From Laetmonice hystrix (Eukaryota), in contig OZ249442.1 in NCBI GenBank assembly GCA_965235115.1, positions 6,882,001 to 6,946,000 of the forward strand: a DNA stretch of 64,000 nt, in the 5' to 3' direction. Positions 12,136 to 25,986 of the stretch are shown here, in pieces. Position 1 is the first letter of the stretch. Each line of letters begins with the position of its first letter. The notes under the pieces are model-generated. The model did not search any database, was not told where the DNA came from, and worked only from the letters and a program-made list of their open reading frames with translations. The position numbers were made by a program, and so were the translations under genes.

Positions 12136-13255
12136 AGTGTGATTGGCCGGCGTTCAGTGTGCGCCCATTGTCTCCGCTAGTGTTTGTGATGATCACCTGG
12201 TTATCAGGGAGATTCAGATGAGCTCCGTGTTCGCGATAAACCAGGCCGTTATCAGGGCTGTCCACTCCGCCTTCTGCTCAGTCGGAGTTGGCGATCACCA
12301 GTTGCTGTGTTGACTGATAATCACTCCATATAATTAAGTAAGACTTAATGTGGACATGATTAGAGAGAATTGATTTATTCCTATCAAATGAGTTTCGCTG
12401 TCAGCATGGCTGGGTTATGGCGGGTGTTGCTGCAGGGTCACGTGAACAGCTTACGCGACGTGGCCGACGGTGGCGACACTCAGCGGCGTGGAACGATGTG
12501 CACGGAGCGTGGCCACGTGACCGTCGCTGTACTCCACCTCCTCCTGGCCGACGCTGATACGTAACCCATACCAGGGCGCTTTTTATCGCCACCCAACCAC
12601 CGATCACTGCGCCGCCCACCGGTTTTATGATCCACAAGCCAGCAGCCGGACCCGGCCAGCCGATAGCGGATGGCACACTCCTGGGATGAGGCGTTGCAGC
12701 GACTGATAGTATTTAGCAAGACGGATTTAGAGCTAAGCCTCGTACATCGACGCCTTTACAGGTCATGTTTCCCTGGCATGGTATTGAAGTGATTGCAGCT
12801 GGCTGCAGGATTCTGACAATCCCAGGAAATGCCTCCCCAAGAAACAACGAAGTGAACTTGGGATGCCCTTGCTCAGTATACGGCTTCAATTCATTACCCA
12901 TGCAGGCATTTGCATCCTAAGAGCTTGGAGGGAATTCAACAGGTTACACCTGCCGCTATACCTAAGCTAAGATAAGCAGGGACTTCTGTCTGCTTGAAAA
13001 TTGGGGGGGGGGGGGGGGGGGGGGCAGGTGTGTAAAGGAAACAGACACAACTTCCGTACATGAAATGCCCCCTTTTTATTTATGTGGGAACAGGCTCCGT
13101 ACTGTGAAGAAAGTCAGGGATATTTAGACCTACATCCCAGACATTGCACCGAGGCCCAACGTATATTCTATTATAACCAAAATGACTCCAGACCGAATCT
13201 GACAGGCATGACATCTTTTTAAAGGAATAAATTATTAGTAATCAATATACATATA

Positions 13256-16200
13256 CATGGGTCAAACGATGTACAACAGTTAACGTAAGCCGTAGGGCAA
13301 CTCCTAGATACCACATGGGTCAAACGATGTACAACAGTTAACGTAAGCCGTAGGGCAACTCCTAGATACCACATGGGTCAAACGATGAACAACAGTTAAC
13401 GTAAGCCTTAGGGCAACTCCTAGATACCACATGGGTCAAACGATGAACAACAGTTAACGTAAGCCTTAGGGCAACTCCTAGATACCACATGGGTCAAACG
13501 ATGTACAACAGTTAACGTAAGCCGTAGGGCAACTCCTAGATACCACATGGGTCAAACGATGTACAACAGTTAACGTAAGCCGTAGGGCAACTCCTAGATA
13601 CCACATGGGTCAAACGATGAACAACAGTTAACGTAAGCCTTAGGGCAACTCCTAGATACCACATGGGTCAAACGATGGACAACAGTTAACGTAAGCCTTA
13701 GGGCAACTCCTAGATACCAAATGGGTCAAACGATGTACAACAGTTAACGTAAGCCTTAGGGCAACTCCTAGATACCACATGGGTCAAACGATGTACAACA
13801 GTTAACGTAAGCCTTAGGGCAACTCCTAGATACCACATGGGTCAAACGATGGACAACAGTTAACGTAAGCCTTAGGGCAACTCCTAGATACCACATGGGT
13901 CAAACGATGGACAACAGTTAACGTAAGCCTTAGGGCAACTCCTAGATACCACATGGGTCAAACGATGGACAACAGTTAACGTAAGCCTTAGGGCAACTCC
14001 TAGATACCACATGGGTCAAACGATGTACAACAGTTAACGTAAGCCTTAGGGCAACTCCTAGATACCACATGGGTCAAACGATGGACAACAGTTAACGTAA
14101 GCCTTAGGGCAACTCCTAGATATCAAATGGGTCAAACGATGTACAACAGTTAACGTAAGCCTTAGGGCAACTCCTAGATACCACATGGGTCAAACGATGT
14201 ACAACAGTTAACGTAAGCCTTAGGGCAACTCCTAGATACCACATGGGTCAAACGATGTACAACAGTTAACGTAAGCCTTAGGGCAACTCCTAGATACCAC
14301 ATGGGTCAAACGATGGACAACAGTTAACGTAAGCCTTAGGGCAACTCCTAGATACCACATGGGTCAAACGATGGACAACAGTTAACGTAAGCCGTAGGGC
14401 AACTCCTAGATACCACATGGGTCAAACGATGGACAACAGTTAACGTAAGCCTTAGGGCAACTCCTAGATACCACATGGGTCAAACGATGGACAACAGTTA
14501 ACGTAAGCCTTAGGGCAACTCCTAGATACCACATGGGTCAAACGATGGACAACAGTTAACGTAAGCCTTAGGGCAACTCCTAGATACCAAATGGGTCAAA
14601 CGATGTACAACAGTTAACGTAAGCCTTAGGGCAACTCCTAGATACCACATGGGTCAAACGATGTACAACAGTTAACGTAAGCCTTAGGGCAACTCCTAGA
14701 TACCACATGGGTCAAACGATGGACAACAGTTAACGTAAGCCTTAGGGCAACTCCTAGATACCACATGGGTCAAACGATGGACAACAGTTAACGTAAGCCT
14801 TAGGGCAACTCCTAGATACCACATGGGTCAAACGATGTACAACAGTTAACGTAAGCCTTAGGGCAACTCCTAGATACCACATGGGTCAAACGATGGACAA
14901 CAGTTAACGTAAGCCTTAGGGCAACTCCTAGATATCAAATGGGTCAAACGATGTACAACAGTTAACGTAAGCCTTAGGGCAACTCCTAGATACCACATGG
15001 GTCAAACGATGTACAACAGTTAACGTAAGCCTTAGGGCAACTCCTAGATACCACATGGGTCAAACGATGTACAACAGTTAACGTAAGCCTTAGGGCAACT
15101 CCTAGATACCACATGGGTCAAACGATGGACAACAGTTAACGTAAGCCTTAGGGCAACTCCTAGATACCACATGGGTCAAACGATGGACAACAGTTAACGT
15201 AAGCCGTAGGGCAACTCCTAGATACCACATGGGTCAAACGATGGACAACAGTTAACGTAAGCCTTAGGGCAACTCCTAGATACCACATGGGTCAAACGAT
15301 GGACAACAGTTAACGTAAGCCTTAGGGCAACTCCTAGATACCACATGGGTCAAACGATGGACAACAGTTAACGTAAGCCTTAGGGCAACTCCTAGATACC
15401 AAATGGGTCAAACGATGTACAACAGTTAACGTAAGCCTTAGGGCAACTCCTAGATACCACATGGGTCAAACGATGTACAACAGTTAACGTAAGCCTTAGG
15501 GCAACTCCTAGATACCACATGGGTCAAACGATGTACAACAGTTAACGTAAGCCTTAGGGCAACTCCTAGATACCACATGGGTCAAACGATGGACAACAGT
15601 TAACGTAAGCCTTAGGGCAACTCCTAGATACCACATGGGTCAAACGATGGACAACAGTTAACGTAAGCCGTAGGGCAACTCCTAGATACCACATGGGTCA
15701 AACGATGGACAACAGTTAACGTAAGCCTTAGGGCAACTCCTAGATACCACATGGGTCAAACGATGGACAACAGTTAACGTAAGCCGTAGGGCAACTCCTA
15801 GATACCACATGGGTCAAACGATGAACAACAGTTAACGTAAGCCTTAGGGCAACTCCTAGATACCACATGGGTCAAACGATGAACAACAGTTAACGTAAGC
15901 CTTAGGGCAACTCCTAGATACCACATGGGTCAAACGATGTACAACAGTTAACGTAAGCCGTAGGGCAACTCCTAGATACCACATGGGTCAAACGATGTAC
16001 AACAGTTAACGTAAGCCGTAGGGCAACTCCTAGATACCACATGGGTCAAACGATGAACAACAGTTAACGTAAGCCTTAGGGCAACTCCTAGATACCACAT
16101 GGGTCAAACGATGAACAACAGTTAACGTAAGCCTTAGGGCAACTCCTAGATACCAAATGGGTCAAACGATGTACAACAGTTAACGTAAGCCTTAGGGCAA

Positions 16201-17950
16201 CTCCTAGATACCACATGGGTCAAACGATGTACAACAGTTAACGTAAGCCTTAGGGCAACTCCTAGATACCACATGGGTCAAACGATGGACAACAGTTAAC
16301 GTAAGCCTTAGGGCAACTCCTAGATACCACATGGGTCAAACGATGGACAACAGTTAACGTAAGCCTTAGGGCAACTCCTAGATACCACATGGGTCAAACG
16401 ATGGACAACAGTTAACGTAAGCCTTAGGGCAACTCCTAGATACCACATGGGTCAAACGATGTACAACAGTTAACGTAAGCCTTAGGGCAACTCCTAGATA
16501 CCACATGGGTCAAACGATGGACAACAGTTAACGTAAGCCTTAGGGCAACTCCTAGATATCAAATGGGTCAAACGATGTACAACAGTTAACGTAAGCCTTA
16601 GGGCAACTCCTAGATACCACATGGGTCAAACGATGTACAACAGTTAACGTAAGCCTTAGGGCAACTCCTAGATACCACATGGGTCAAACGATGTACAACA
16701 GTTAACGTAAGCCTTAGGGCAACTCCTAGATACCACATGGGTCAAACGATGGACAACAGTTAACGTAAGCCTTAGGGCAACTCCTAGATACCACATGGGT
16801 CAAACGATGGACAACAGTTAACGTAAGCCGTAGGGCAACTCCTAGATACCACATGGGTCAAACGATGGACAACAGTTAACGTAAGCCTTAGGGCAACTCC
16901 TAGATACCACATGGGTCAAACGATGTACAACAGTTAACGTAAGCCTTAGGGCAACTCCTAGATACCACATGGGTCAAACGATGTACAACAGTTAACGTAA
17001 GCCTTAGGGCAACTCCTAGATACCACATGGGTCAAACGATGGACAACAGTTAACGTAAGCCTTAGGGCAACTCCTAGATACCACATGGGTCAAACGATGG
17101 ACAACAGTTAACGTAAGCCGTAGGGCAACTCCTAGATACCACATGGGTCAAACGATGGACAACAGTTAACGTAAGCCTTAGGGCAACTCCTAGATACCAC
17201 ATGGGTCAAACGATGGACAACAGTTAACGTAAGCCTTAGGGCAACTCCTAGATACCACATGGGTCAAACGATGGACAACAGTTAACGTAAGCCTTAGGGC
17301 AACTCCTAGATACCACATGGGTCAAACGATGGACAACAGTTAACGTAAGCCTTAGGGCAACTCCTAGATACCACATGGGTCAAACGATGGACAACAGTTA
17401 ACGTAAGCCGTAGGGCAACTCCTAGATACCACATGGGTCAAACGATGGACAACAGTTAACGTAAGCCTTAGGGCAACTCCTAGATACCACATGGGTCAAA
17501 CGATGGACAACAGTTAACGTAAGCCGTAGGGCAACTCCTAGATACCACATGGGTCAAACGATGGACAACAGTTAACGTAAGCCTTAGGGCAACTCCTAGA
17601 TACCACATGGGTCAAACGATGGACAACAGTTAACGTAAGCCGTAGGGCAACTCCTAGATACCACATGGGTCAAACGATGGACAACAGTTAACGTAAGCCT
17701 TAGGGCAACTCCTAGATACCACATGGGTCAAACGATGGACAACAGTTAACGTAAGCCGTAGGGCAACTCCTAGATACCACATGGGTCAAACGATGGACAA
17801 CAGTTAACGTAAGCCTTAGGGCAACTCCTAGATACCACATGGGTCAAACGATGGACAACAGTTAACGTAAGCCGTAGGGCAACTCCTAGATACCACATGG
17901 GTCAAACGATGGACAACAGTTAACGTAAGCCTTAGGGCAACTCCTAGATA
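13256..17950. repeat. 58-bp satellite array, ~81 copies, with higher-order structure
   Basis: Unit CATGGGTCAAACGATG(T/G/A)ACAACAGTTAACGTAAGCC(T/G)TAGGGCAACTCCTAGATACCA; very homogeneous. Confidence 0.98.
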
Positions 17951-19665
17951 CACCAACACTAATTCACGTGAGCTTGGACACATGTTGGCTAGAAATTCGT
18001 CTTTACCTCCTTGGCCACGACCATTCTTGCGGAGCCTGTTACAGTATAAGTTATCTGGAAGGCCTTGTGCCATGGGGCGTCAGTTGATTATCCGAGCCCG
18101 CAGCAACTCGGGGTAATTGGTCTATGAGGGTCCTCTATGGTGAAACCGGCCTTGGTCTCTTCATTTCTACCCTCATCACCACCATGTTGATACGACCAGA
18201 TCATGTCCGCTCAATGCTTAACACAGTTCGTACAACAATGGTAACATGCCTCCATACTGGCCGGTCACTTAGGACATTTTTATCTATTGTAAACCGCCGC
18301 ATTCACAATGGGGTCAATTATTCGAGAGAAAAACGGTGGGATCGATGTAACAGGTGTCATAGAATGAAAGCTCTTACAAAGTACTGCCTGTATGCCTTCA
18401 TTGTAAGACGGCAGCGGGTGTATGTGCGTCTAACAGCATTAACAGTGATATCAGTCGATCTGTGATATGGCTGGCCATGAGACTGGGCGCCCACATGGGA
18501 CTCAGCTAGAGCACACCTGGCGCCACACCTGTCCGTATAGACCAGGAGAAACATCGCTATATCCTGGTAGGCGGACGGTGGAAAAATCACTAACCCACTC
18601 GGCCACCGCCACTTCCAAAATTTGCTCGAGCAGAACAATGTCGGTCTACATCCCCCTCCACACACACACATGGATATTCGGAATCCATGCTGTCGTAGAT
18701 CGGGGTACACATAAATGTATGAATGTTACGGCACATTCCACTGTTAAGGTGATCCTGGGATTCATTACCGTTGTCTGTGACCACTTGAAGCCGAGATGAC
18801 CTTATTCCCTGAAGGGGAGACCTGCAGCAGGAGTTGGCGGGGATGTTTGGGGACCCTATCGATAGGGGCACACTGTGGTCGGCCCGACCACCTGATGGTA
18901 CAACGACTGTCTGTGAGAACAGCAGTCCCCCCCCCCCTCGTACTCTACCAACGTCATACTGGTCTACTCTTCCAGTCTGAATCATGTTTACATTCACCAG
19001 CTGGCACACTCGTTATGGACGAGGCTGTAACAGACTGGATGGTCGTGCTACAATTATAGATGAATTAAGTAAAAGAAGTTATGCTGGTTGTATTGACATA
19101 TTGGCTGACGAATACAGGTCACATTGCATGATCTGTACAGTGCTGACTCCTGGTGGCCATGATATATATATATTTTTCAGGGACGTCGGACTCCGCTGGA
19201 GGGTGGCGGGCGCCCCCCCCCCCCATAAAATTGTACGAGAGACATTAAATGTTAAAACTGTGCGGGAAAAGTAAAATCCCTGAGGTCAAGGTGAAAGTGA
19301 CCGGTGTTTTACAGGATGGAAGATCCACGCTGTCTTACCTGAGAATACCTCCCGACAGCTGTGTATTGTTGTTAATTACATCCTCTCTAGACCTGGCAAG
19401 GCGAACAGTGAGGCCATGCAAGTATCGTTGGCTATTTAGGATTTGTCCAAAACAAACAGGTTTAACAAACGCTATCGAAAATTTAAAACACTCCAAAAGA
19501 ATGCTACTGGAGCTGAAAGAACCTTTGTCAGGGATTCGTTCCACTGGATATCGTAGGACATGGCTCTCTCGTGTTCTCTTTATGCTATCGTCAACGTTTT
19601 CTCCACGGAGGTGCTAAAGTAAATGTTGAATTGAAAATTCTACGAGAAGGCCCGACGACGACGAC

Positions 19666-20264
19666 GACACGACGGCCGTGACATGACGGCCGTGACATGA
19701 TGGCCGTGACATGACGGCCGTGACATGATGGCCGTGACATGACGGCTGTGACATGATGGCCGTGACATGATGGCCGTGACACGATGGCCGTGACACGATG
19801 GCCGTGACACGACGGCCGTGACACGACGGCCGTGACATGATGATGATGGCCGTGACATGATAGCCGTGACATGATGGCCGTGACACGACGGCCGTGACAT
19901 GACGGCCGTGACAGGATGGCCGTGACATGATGGCCGTGACATGACGGCCGTGACATGATGGTCGTGACACGATGGCCGTGACACGATGGCCGTGACACGA
20001 CGGCCGTGACATGATGGCCGTGACATGATGATGATGGCCGTGACATGATAGCCGTGACACGATGGCCGTGACATGATGGCCGTGACACGACGGCCGTGAC
20101 ATGATGGCCGTGACATGATGATGATGGCCGTGACATGATAGCCGTGACATGATGGCCGTGACATGACGGCCGTGACATGACGGCCGTGACATGACGGCCG
20201 TGACACGATGGCCGTGACACGATGGCCGTGACATGACGCCGTGACACGATGGCCGTGGCATGAT
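19666..20264. repeat. 14-bp minisatellite, ~43 copies
   Basis: Unit GACA(T/C)GA(T/C)GGCCGT; source of the SRPSCHGHHVTAIM ORFs. Confidence 0.95.
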
Positions 20265-20801
20265 GAGCACCAAGTCTCCAGTAAACCTGCCCAGAAGACG
20301 TCCCTCCTGTCTTGTGTAAACCCAAGTGTACACCCAGACAATAACCCTCGTATAGCGGCACCGTTTTAGTCACAGCCCCGCCGTTATTGGTTGAAGGTAT
20401 TCATTGTAGACGGAGAAGATTCAAGTTGAATCCTTTTCATTCGGTAAGTCGGCGGAAACAGAGTCCCTTTTTACACTTCACGTCTCTGTAGGGCCTACAT
20501 GGTACTGCAGTAGGTCGGGGTGATTAAAAATAATGAGTAGACCTAGACTTGGCAGGAAATGGACGCGTGTTATTCAAGATCAGGCGAGGATATACTGAGT
20601 CTACTATACTGCATGCGGCCTTTCAGCGTTGACCAAACATAAATTGACCTTTGCTGCGCACTATCCCTTTTTTATTTAACCAGAAAATGGTTCTCAAACG
20701 TGTATACGTTAAAAATATAAACCTGTGTCCGTCTCCTGTCGGGTAATGCAGGAACCAGCACAGGGACTGTGGCCAGTATGACGGTTTTGTCATAATTAGC
20801 A

Positions 20802-21520
20802 TGCTTCCATTGGTTACGACCTTTGCGTACCTGAGTCTTCTGTTAATTCGCAAGCTTCCATTGGTTACGACCTTTGTGTACCCGAATGTTGTCTTAAAGA
20901 CAAGCTCCTATTGGTTACGACCTTTGTGTACCTGAGTGTTGTCTTAAAGACAAGCTCCCATTGGTTGCGACCTTTGTGTACCTGAGTGTTGTCTTAGAGA
21001 CAAGCTCCCATTGGTTACGACCTTTGTGTACCTGAGTGTTGTCATAAAGACAAGCTCCCATTGGTTACGACCTTTGTGTACCTGAGTGTTGTCTTAAAGA
21101 CAAGCTCCCATTGGTTACGACCTTTGTGTACCGGAGTGTTGTCTTAGAGACAAGCTCCCATTGGTTACGACCTTTGTGTACCTGAGTGTTGTCTTAAAGA
21201 CAAGCTCCCATTGGTTGCGACCTTTGTGTACCTGAGTGTTGTCTTAGAGACAAGCTCCCATTGGTTACGACCTTTGTGTACCTGAGTGTTGTCATAAAGA
21301 CAAGCTCCCATTGGTTACGACCTTTGTGTACCTGAGTGTTGTCTTAAAGACAAGCTCCAATTGGTTACGACCTTTGTGTACCTGAGTGTTGTCTTAAAGA
21401 CAAGCTCCCATTGGTTACGACCTTTGTGTACCTGAGTGTTGTCATAAAGACAAGCTCCCATTGGTTACGACCTTTGTGTACCTGAGTGTTGTCATAAAGA
21501 CAAGCTCCCATTGGTTACGA
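20802..21520. repeat. 50-bp minisatellite, ~14 copies
   Basis: Unit CAAGCTCCCATTGGTTACGACCTTTGTGTACCTGAGTGTTGTCTTAAAGA. Confidence 0.95.
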
Positions 21521-22394
21521 GTCTTGTTTACACAGTGCCACCATGTGAATAAGCGTGTCACACAGGTTGTCATTGATCACCCAAACAGGTGTGGTTATAA
21601 GGACGTCCTTTCGTGTCTTTCTGTCAAAGTATGATATTCATTATGATACGAGGAATGGCACCCCCCCCCCTACTCCAACCCACTCCCACCCCCACCAAAA
21701 AAAAAGGAAGGGGAAAAGGAAAACTAAAACTAAAAAGCAGGCTGCATTGTCCAGTATAAATTGTGACCTTCGATTGGGTGGCCAATGGCAGCTGTTGTTC
21801 AGTGGTTCGCGGAAGCGGGTGATGTGTACAAACTACCAGGGACCTGCTGTACCTTTAATACCAAGAGGCGGGGGGGGGGGGGGGGGGGGGGGGCAGATGT
21901 GAACGATACTCTCGTCGGCAGCTGTTGAACGTTTCGGAGAGTGTATATCTTTGGCCGTGTTGCTATGGATATACCATGGGTAGCGACCAGGTGCCCCTGC
22001 AGGTGCGTGAAGTGGTATGGGCGGGCAGGAGGGGATTAAAGAACCAGCACGTGCTCTAGCCGCCGTTTGCAGGTGTTGAGACAGGTGTCCAATTCACCAC
22101 ACCACACGCAGCAAGCTTTGCATAGGTTAAAAAATATGTATTTATATACGGTGCTTGTTGGGAAATGTCGAACGGTTCGTCCATAGAAAGAGAAAAGATG
22201 ATTTACTTTATGCATGTGGTTGTTTGAGATGAATGGTGTCTGCGCTCGGCACTCTGGAAGCTTGGGGTTTTTTGTTCAGTCAGAGGAAGTACCTTAGCAC
22301 CATTCCTACAGTACAATGAACAGTTTGTATTATTCACTTTTTTAATGGATACCAGCCGGAAATATTAACGGACACAAGCCGGCAATCAGCTAGA

Positions 22395-22517
22395 CGTTTC
22401 CACGGGCGTCAAATAATCCCTGAACTTTTCCATGGGCGTCAAATATCTCTGAATGTTTCGATGGGCGTCAAATATCCCTGAATGTTTCGATGGGCGTCAA
22501 ATATCCCTGAATGTTTA
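22395..22517. repeat. 29-bp tandem repeat, ~4 copies
   Basis: Unit GGGCGTCAAATATCCCTGAATGTTTCGAT. Confidence 0.85.
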
Positions 22518-22667
22518 CAACCGTGTCGAACGTACAGTAAAGACGATGTCATAGTGTCTGGTTATCACTGAAAGTGACGATAAAATAATGTCGTTTATGA
22601 TTTCTAGTGTGGCTCGGTATGGGGATTCTATTTGCCTGCTGTCGGAGGACTTGTTAATGTTTGATAT

Positions 22668-23165
22668 ATAAACAGTGCAGTGTTTGTAGTGTACCGTAAT
22701 GGGAGTTAATGTTTATAAACAGTGCAGTGTTTGTAGTGTACCGTAATGGGAGTTAATGTTTATAAACAGTGCAGTGTTTGTAGTGTACAGTAAATGGGAG
22801 TTTTATTTTTAATTGATCCTTTTATACTGGGCCTAGTTCAAGCCCGACAGCTTGTTCTCCCACTAGGAGCAGTTTTGGAATACATATGGGCATGAAATAA
22901 ACAACACTATTATAAAAAAGAGCTTGTCATATACTAATAGTGATACCAAGTGTATGGATGGATAGTGCAGTGTTTGTAGTGTACAGTTAATGTTTATAAA
23001 GAGTGCAGTGTTTGTACTGTGCAGTAATTGGAGTTAATGTTTATGAACAGTGCAGTGTTTGTAGTGTACAGTTAATGTTTATAAAGAGTGCAGTGTTTGT
23101 ACTGTGCAGTAATTGGAGTTAATGTTTATGAACAGTGCAGTGTTTGTAGTGTACAGTAATGGGAG
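22668..23165. repeat. ~45-bp degenerate repeat in two blocks (22668-22800, 22963-23165)
   Basis: Recurrent AGTGCAGTGTTTGTAGTGTACAGTAATGGGAGTTAATGTTTATAAAC-like units. Confidence 0.8.
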
Positions 23166-23371
23166 TGTTCCATGGAAGCCAAACAGACAAGTTTACATGT
23201 CGGTATACTCTGGGTTCACGAGTTTCGATTAGCGCTTCAATTAAAATTAGTTGTCAGCCCCCTCCCCCACCTGTCTGTGATGACCTTGAGAGGGAGAGAC
23301 ATAGAGAAAGAGAGAGAAAGAAGAGAGAGAGACAGAGAGACAGAGAGAGCACAGTGATGACCTTGGGAGAG

Positions 23372-23515
23372 NNNNNNNNNNNNNNNNNNNNNNNNNNNNN
23401 NNNNNNNNNNNNNNNNNNNNNNNNNNNNNNNNNNNNNNNNNNNNNNNNNNNNNNNNNNNNNNNNNNNNNNNNNNNNNNNNNNNNNNNNNNNNNNNNNNNN
23501 NNNNNNNNNNNNNNN
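23372..23515. other. Assembly gap (144 N) after a GA-rich simple repeat
   Basis: Run of N. Confidence 1.
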
Positions 23516-23539
23516 AAGTGGTCCAATAATGTTTTTCCT

Positions 23540-24094
23540 AGGTGCGTGTCTGTCTGCTTCTGTCGGTCTGTCTGTCAGTCGCTGTCTCAGCTTCGAGTCC
23601 ATGACATGATGTCCTGTTTCTGTCTGTCTGTCGCTGTCTCAACCTCATGTCCATGTCCTGTTTCTGTCTGTCTTTCTGTCTGTCGCTGTCTCAGCCTCAT
23701 GTCCATGTCCTGTTTCTGTCTGTGTGTCTGTCTGTCTGTCGCTGTCTCCGCCTCATGCCTATGTCCCGTTTCTGTCTGTCTGCCTGTCGCTGTCTCAGCT
23801 TCGTGTTTATGACATGATGTCCTGTTTTTGTCTGTCGCTGTCTCAGCCTCATATCCATGTCCTGTTTCTGTCTGTCTGTCTGTCTATCGCTGTCTCAGCC
23901 TCGTGTCCGTGTCCTGTTTCTGTCTATCGCTGTCTCAGCCTCGTGTCCATGTCCTGTTTCTGTCTGTCGCTGTCTCAGCCTCGTGTCCGTGTCCTGTTTC
24001 TGTCTGTCGCTGTCTCAGCCTCGTGTCCGTGTCCTTATATTGAAAGTCTGCCGAAACAGGACATGGACACGAGGCTGAGACAGCGACAGACAGA
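23540..24094. repeat. ~40-bp TGTC-rich minisatellite ending in one inverted unit
   Basis: Unit TGTCTGTCGCTGTCTCAGCCTCGTGTCCATGTCCTGTTTC; reverse-complement copy at 24053-24094. Confidence 0.9.
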
Positions 24095-24483
24095 CCGACC
24101 GTTATCAAACAGAAGAAGTAGAAGGGTTCAAGTGTGGAGAAGGATCCGTTTTCTCCGTCAGATATCACGTATGCCATACTTTCGATTTCAGTATCGCATT
24201 TTATACCGACCACTAGTTTTCTTCAAGTCTTATCTAATTGTTTTAGCACTTCATCGTTTGATGTCCATTAACCACAGTCGAATGCGACCAATCTGCTGGA
24301 GGCGAAGTATCGGATAGGGTCATCCATTTTTAACCTAACATTTTTTTTACTTAATTTCCTGAGGTAAACATCAAGTGGTAATGTTAATCCTCTACAGCAT
24401 GTCTGAGATAACTACCTTTCAGACTCTCTTCTATATCCTTATGTAGAGTTGGCAGTGTGCCCGTGCGCATTCCGTTACGGCCC

Positions 24484-25986
24484 CGTGCCAGGTCCCGGCC
24501 CCCGGTATGGCTACCCCTCTCGGGGCGGCCACACCCCACTCGGGGCGGCCGTGTACAAGGTCCCGGCCCGCGGTATGGCTACCCGCACACCCCTCTCTGG
24601 GCGGCCGTGTACAAGGTCCCAGCCCGCGGTATGGCTACCCGCACACTGCCACACCCCACTCGGGGCGGCTGTGTACAAGGTCCCGGCCCGCGGTATAGCT
24701 ACCCGCACACCCCTCTCTGGGCGGCCGTGTACAAGGTCCCAGCCCGCGGTCTGGCTACCCGCACACCCCTCTCTGGGCGGCCGTGTACAAGGTCCCAGCC
24801 CGCGGTCTGGCTACCCGCACACTGCCATGCACACCCACTCGGGGCGGCCGTGTACAAGGTCCCGGCCCGCGGTATAGCTACCCGCACACTGCCACACCCC
24901 ACTCGGGGCGGCCGTGTACAAGGTCCCGGCCCGCGGTATGGCTACCCGCACACTGCCACACCCCACTCGGGGCGGCCGTGTACAAGGTCCCGGCCCGCGG
25001 TATGGCTACCCGCACACTGCCACACCCCACTCGGGGCGGCTGTGTACAAGGTCCCGGCCCGCGGTATGGCTACCCGCACACTGCCACACCCCACTCGGGG
25101 CGGCCGTGTACAAGGTCCCGGCCCGCGGTATGGCTACCCGCACACTGCCACACGCCACTCGGGGCGGCCGTGTACAAGGTCCCGGCCCGCGGTATGGCTA
25201 CCCGCCCACTGCCACACCCCACTCGGGGCGGCCGTGTACAAGGTCCCGGCCCGCGGTATGGCTACCCGCCCTTACCACACCCCACTCGGGGCGGCCGTGT
25301 ACAAGGTCCCGGCCCGCGGTATGGCTACCCGCCCTTACCACACCCCACTCGGGGCGGCTGTGTACAAGGTCCCGGCCCGCGGTATGGCTACCCGCACACT
25401 GCCACACCCCACTCGGGGCGGCCGTGTACAAGGTCCCGGCCCGCGGTATGGCTACCCGCACACTGCCACACCCCACTCGGGGCGGCCGTGTACAAGGTCC
25501 CGGCCCGCGGTATGGCTACCCGCCCACTGCCACACGCCACTCGGGGCGGCTGTGTACAAGGTCCCGGCCCGCGGTATGGCTACCCGCACACTGCCACACC
25601 CCACTCAGGGCGGCTGTGTACAAGGTCCCGGCCCGCGGTATGGCTACCCGCACACTGCCACACCCCACTCGGGGCGGCCGTGTACAAGGTCACGGCCCGC
25701 GGTATGGCTACCCGCCCTTACCACACCCCACTCGGGGCGGCTGTGTACAAGGTCACGGCCCGCGGTCTGGCTACCCGCCCAATGCCACACCCCACTCGGG
25801 GCGGCCGTGTACAAGGTCACGGCCCGCGGTCTGGCTACCCGCCCAATGCCACACCCCACTCAGGGCGGCTGTGTACAAGGTCCCGGCCCGCGGTCTGGCT
25901 ACCCGCACACTGCCACACCCCACTCGGGGCGGCCGTGTACAAGGTCCCGGCCCGCGGTCTGGCTACCCGCCCAATGCCACAACCAC
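24484..25986. repeat. 64-bp GC/CpG-rich minisatellite, ~24 copies
   Basis: Unit CCACACCCCACTCGGGGCGGCCGTGTACAAGGTCCCGGCCCGCGGTATGGCTACCCGCACACTG; source of the 531/405/358-aa ORFs. Confidence 0.97.

Noticed and set aside
12400-12720. GC-rich patch with possible exon on either strand (minus RISVGQEEVEYSDGHVATL... ending at a GTAAGC donor)
   Set aside because: Weak acceptors, no recognisable protein similarity and no partner exons.
13003-13024. Long poly-G runs (also ~21870-21893) as potential G-quadruplexes
   Set aside because: Homopolymer length is unreliable in assemblies and such runs are common in the local MITEs.
13256-17950. Regularly spaced repeats resembling CRISPR arrays (also 9766-11306, 59010-61418)
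   Set aside because: Units are head-to-tail with no unique spacers, there are no cas genes, and the context is eukaryotic.
18100-18710. Minus-strand LVYTD (RNase H-like) and PHCECG (zinc-knuckle-like) words suggesting a decayed I/Nimb LINE
   Set aside because: The motifs lie in different frames, are too close together for that architecture, and other RNase H motifs are absent.
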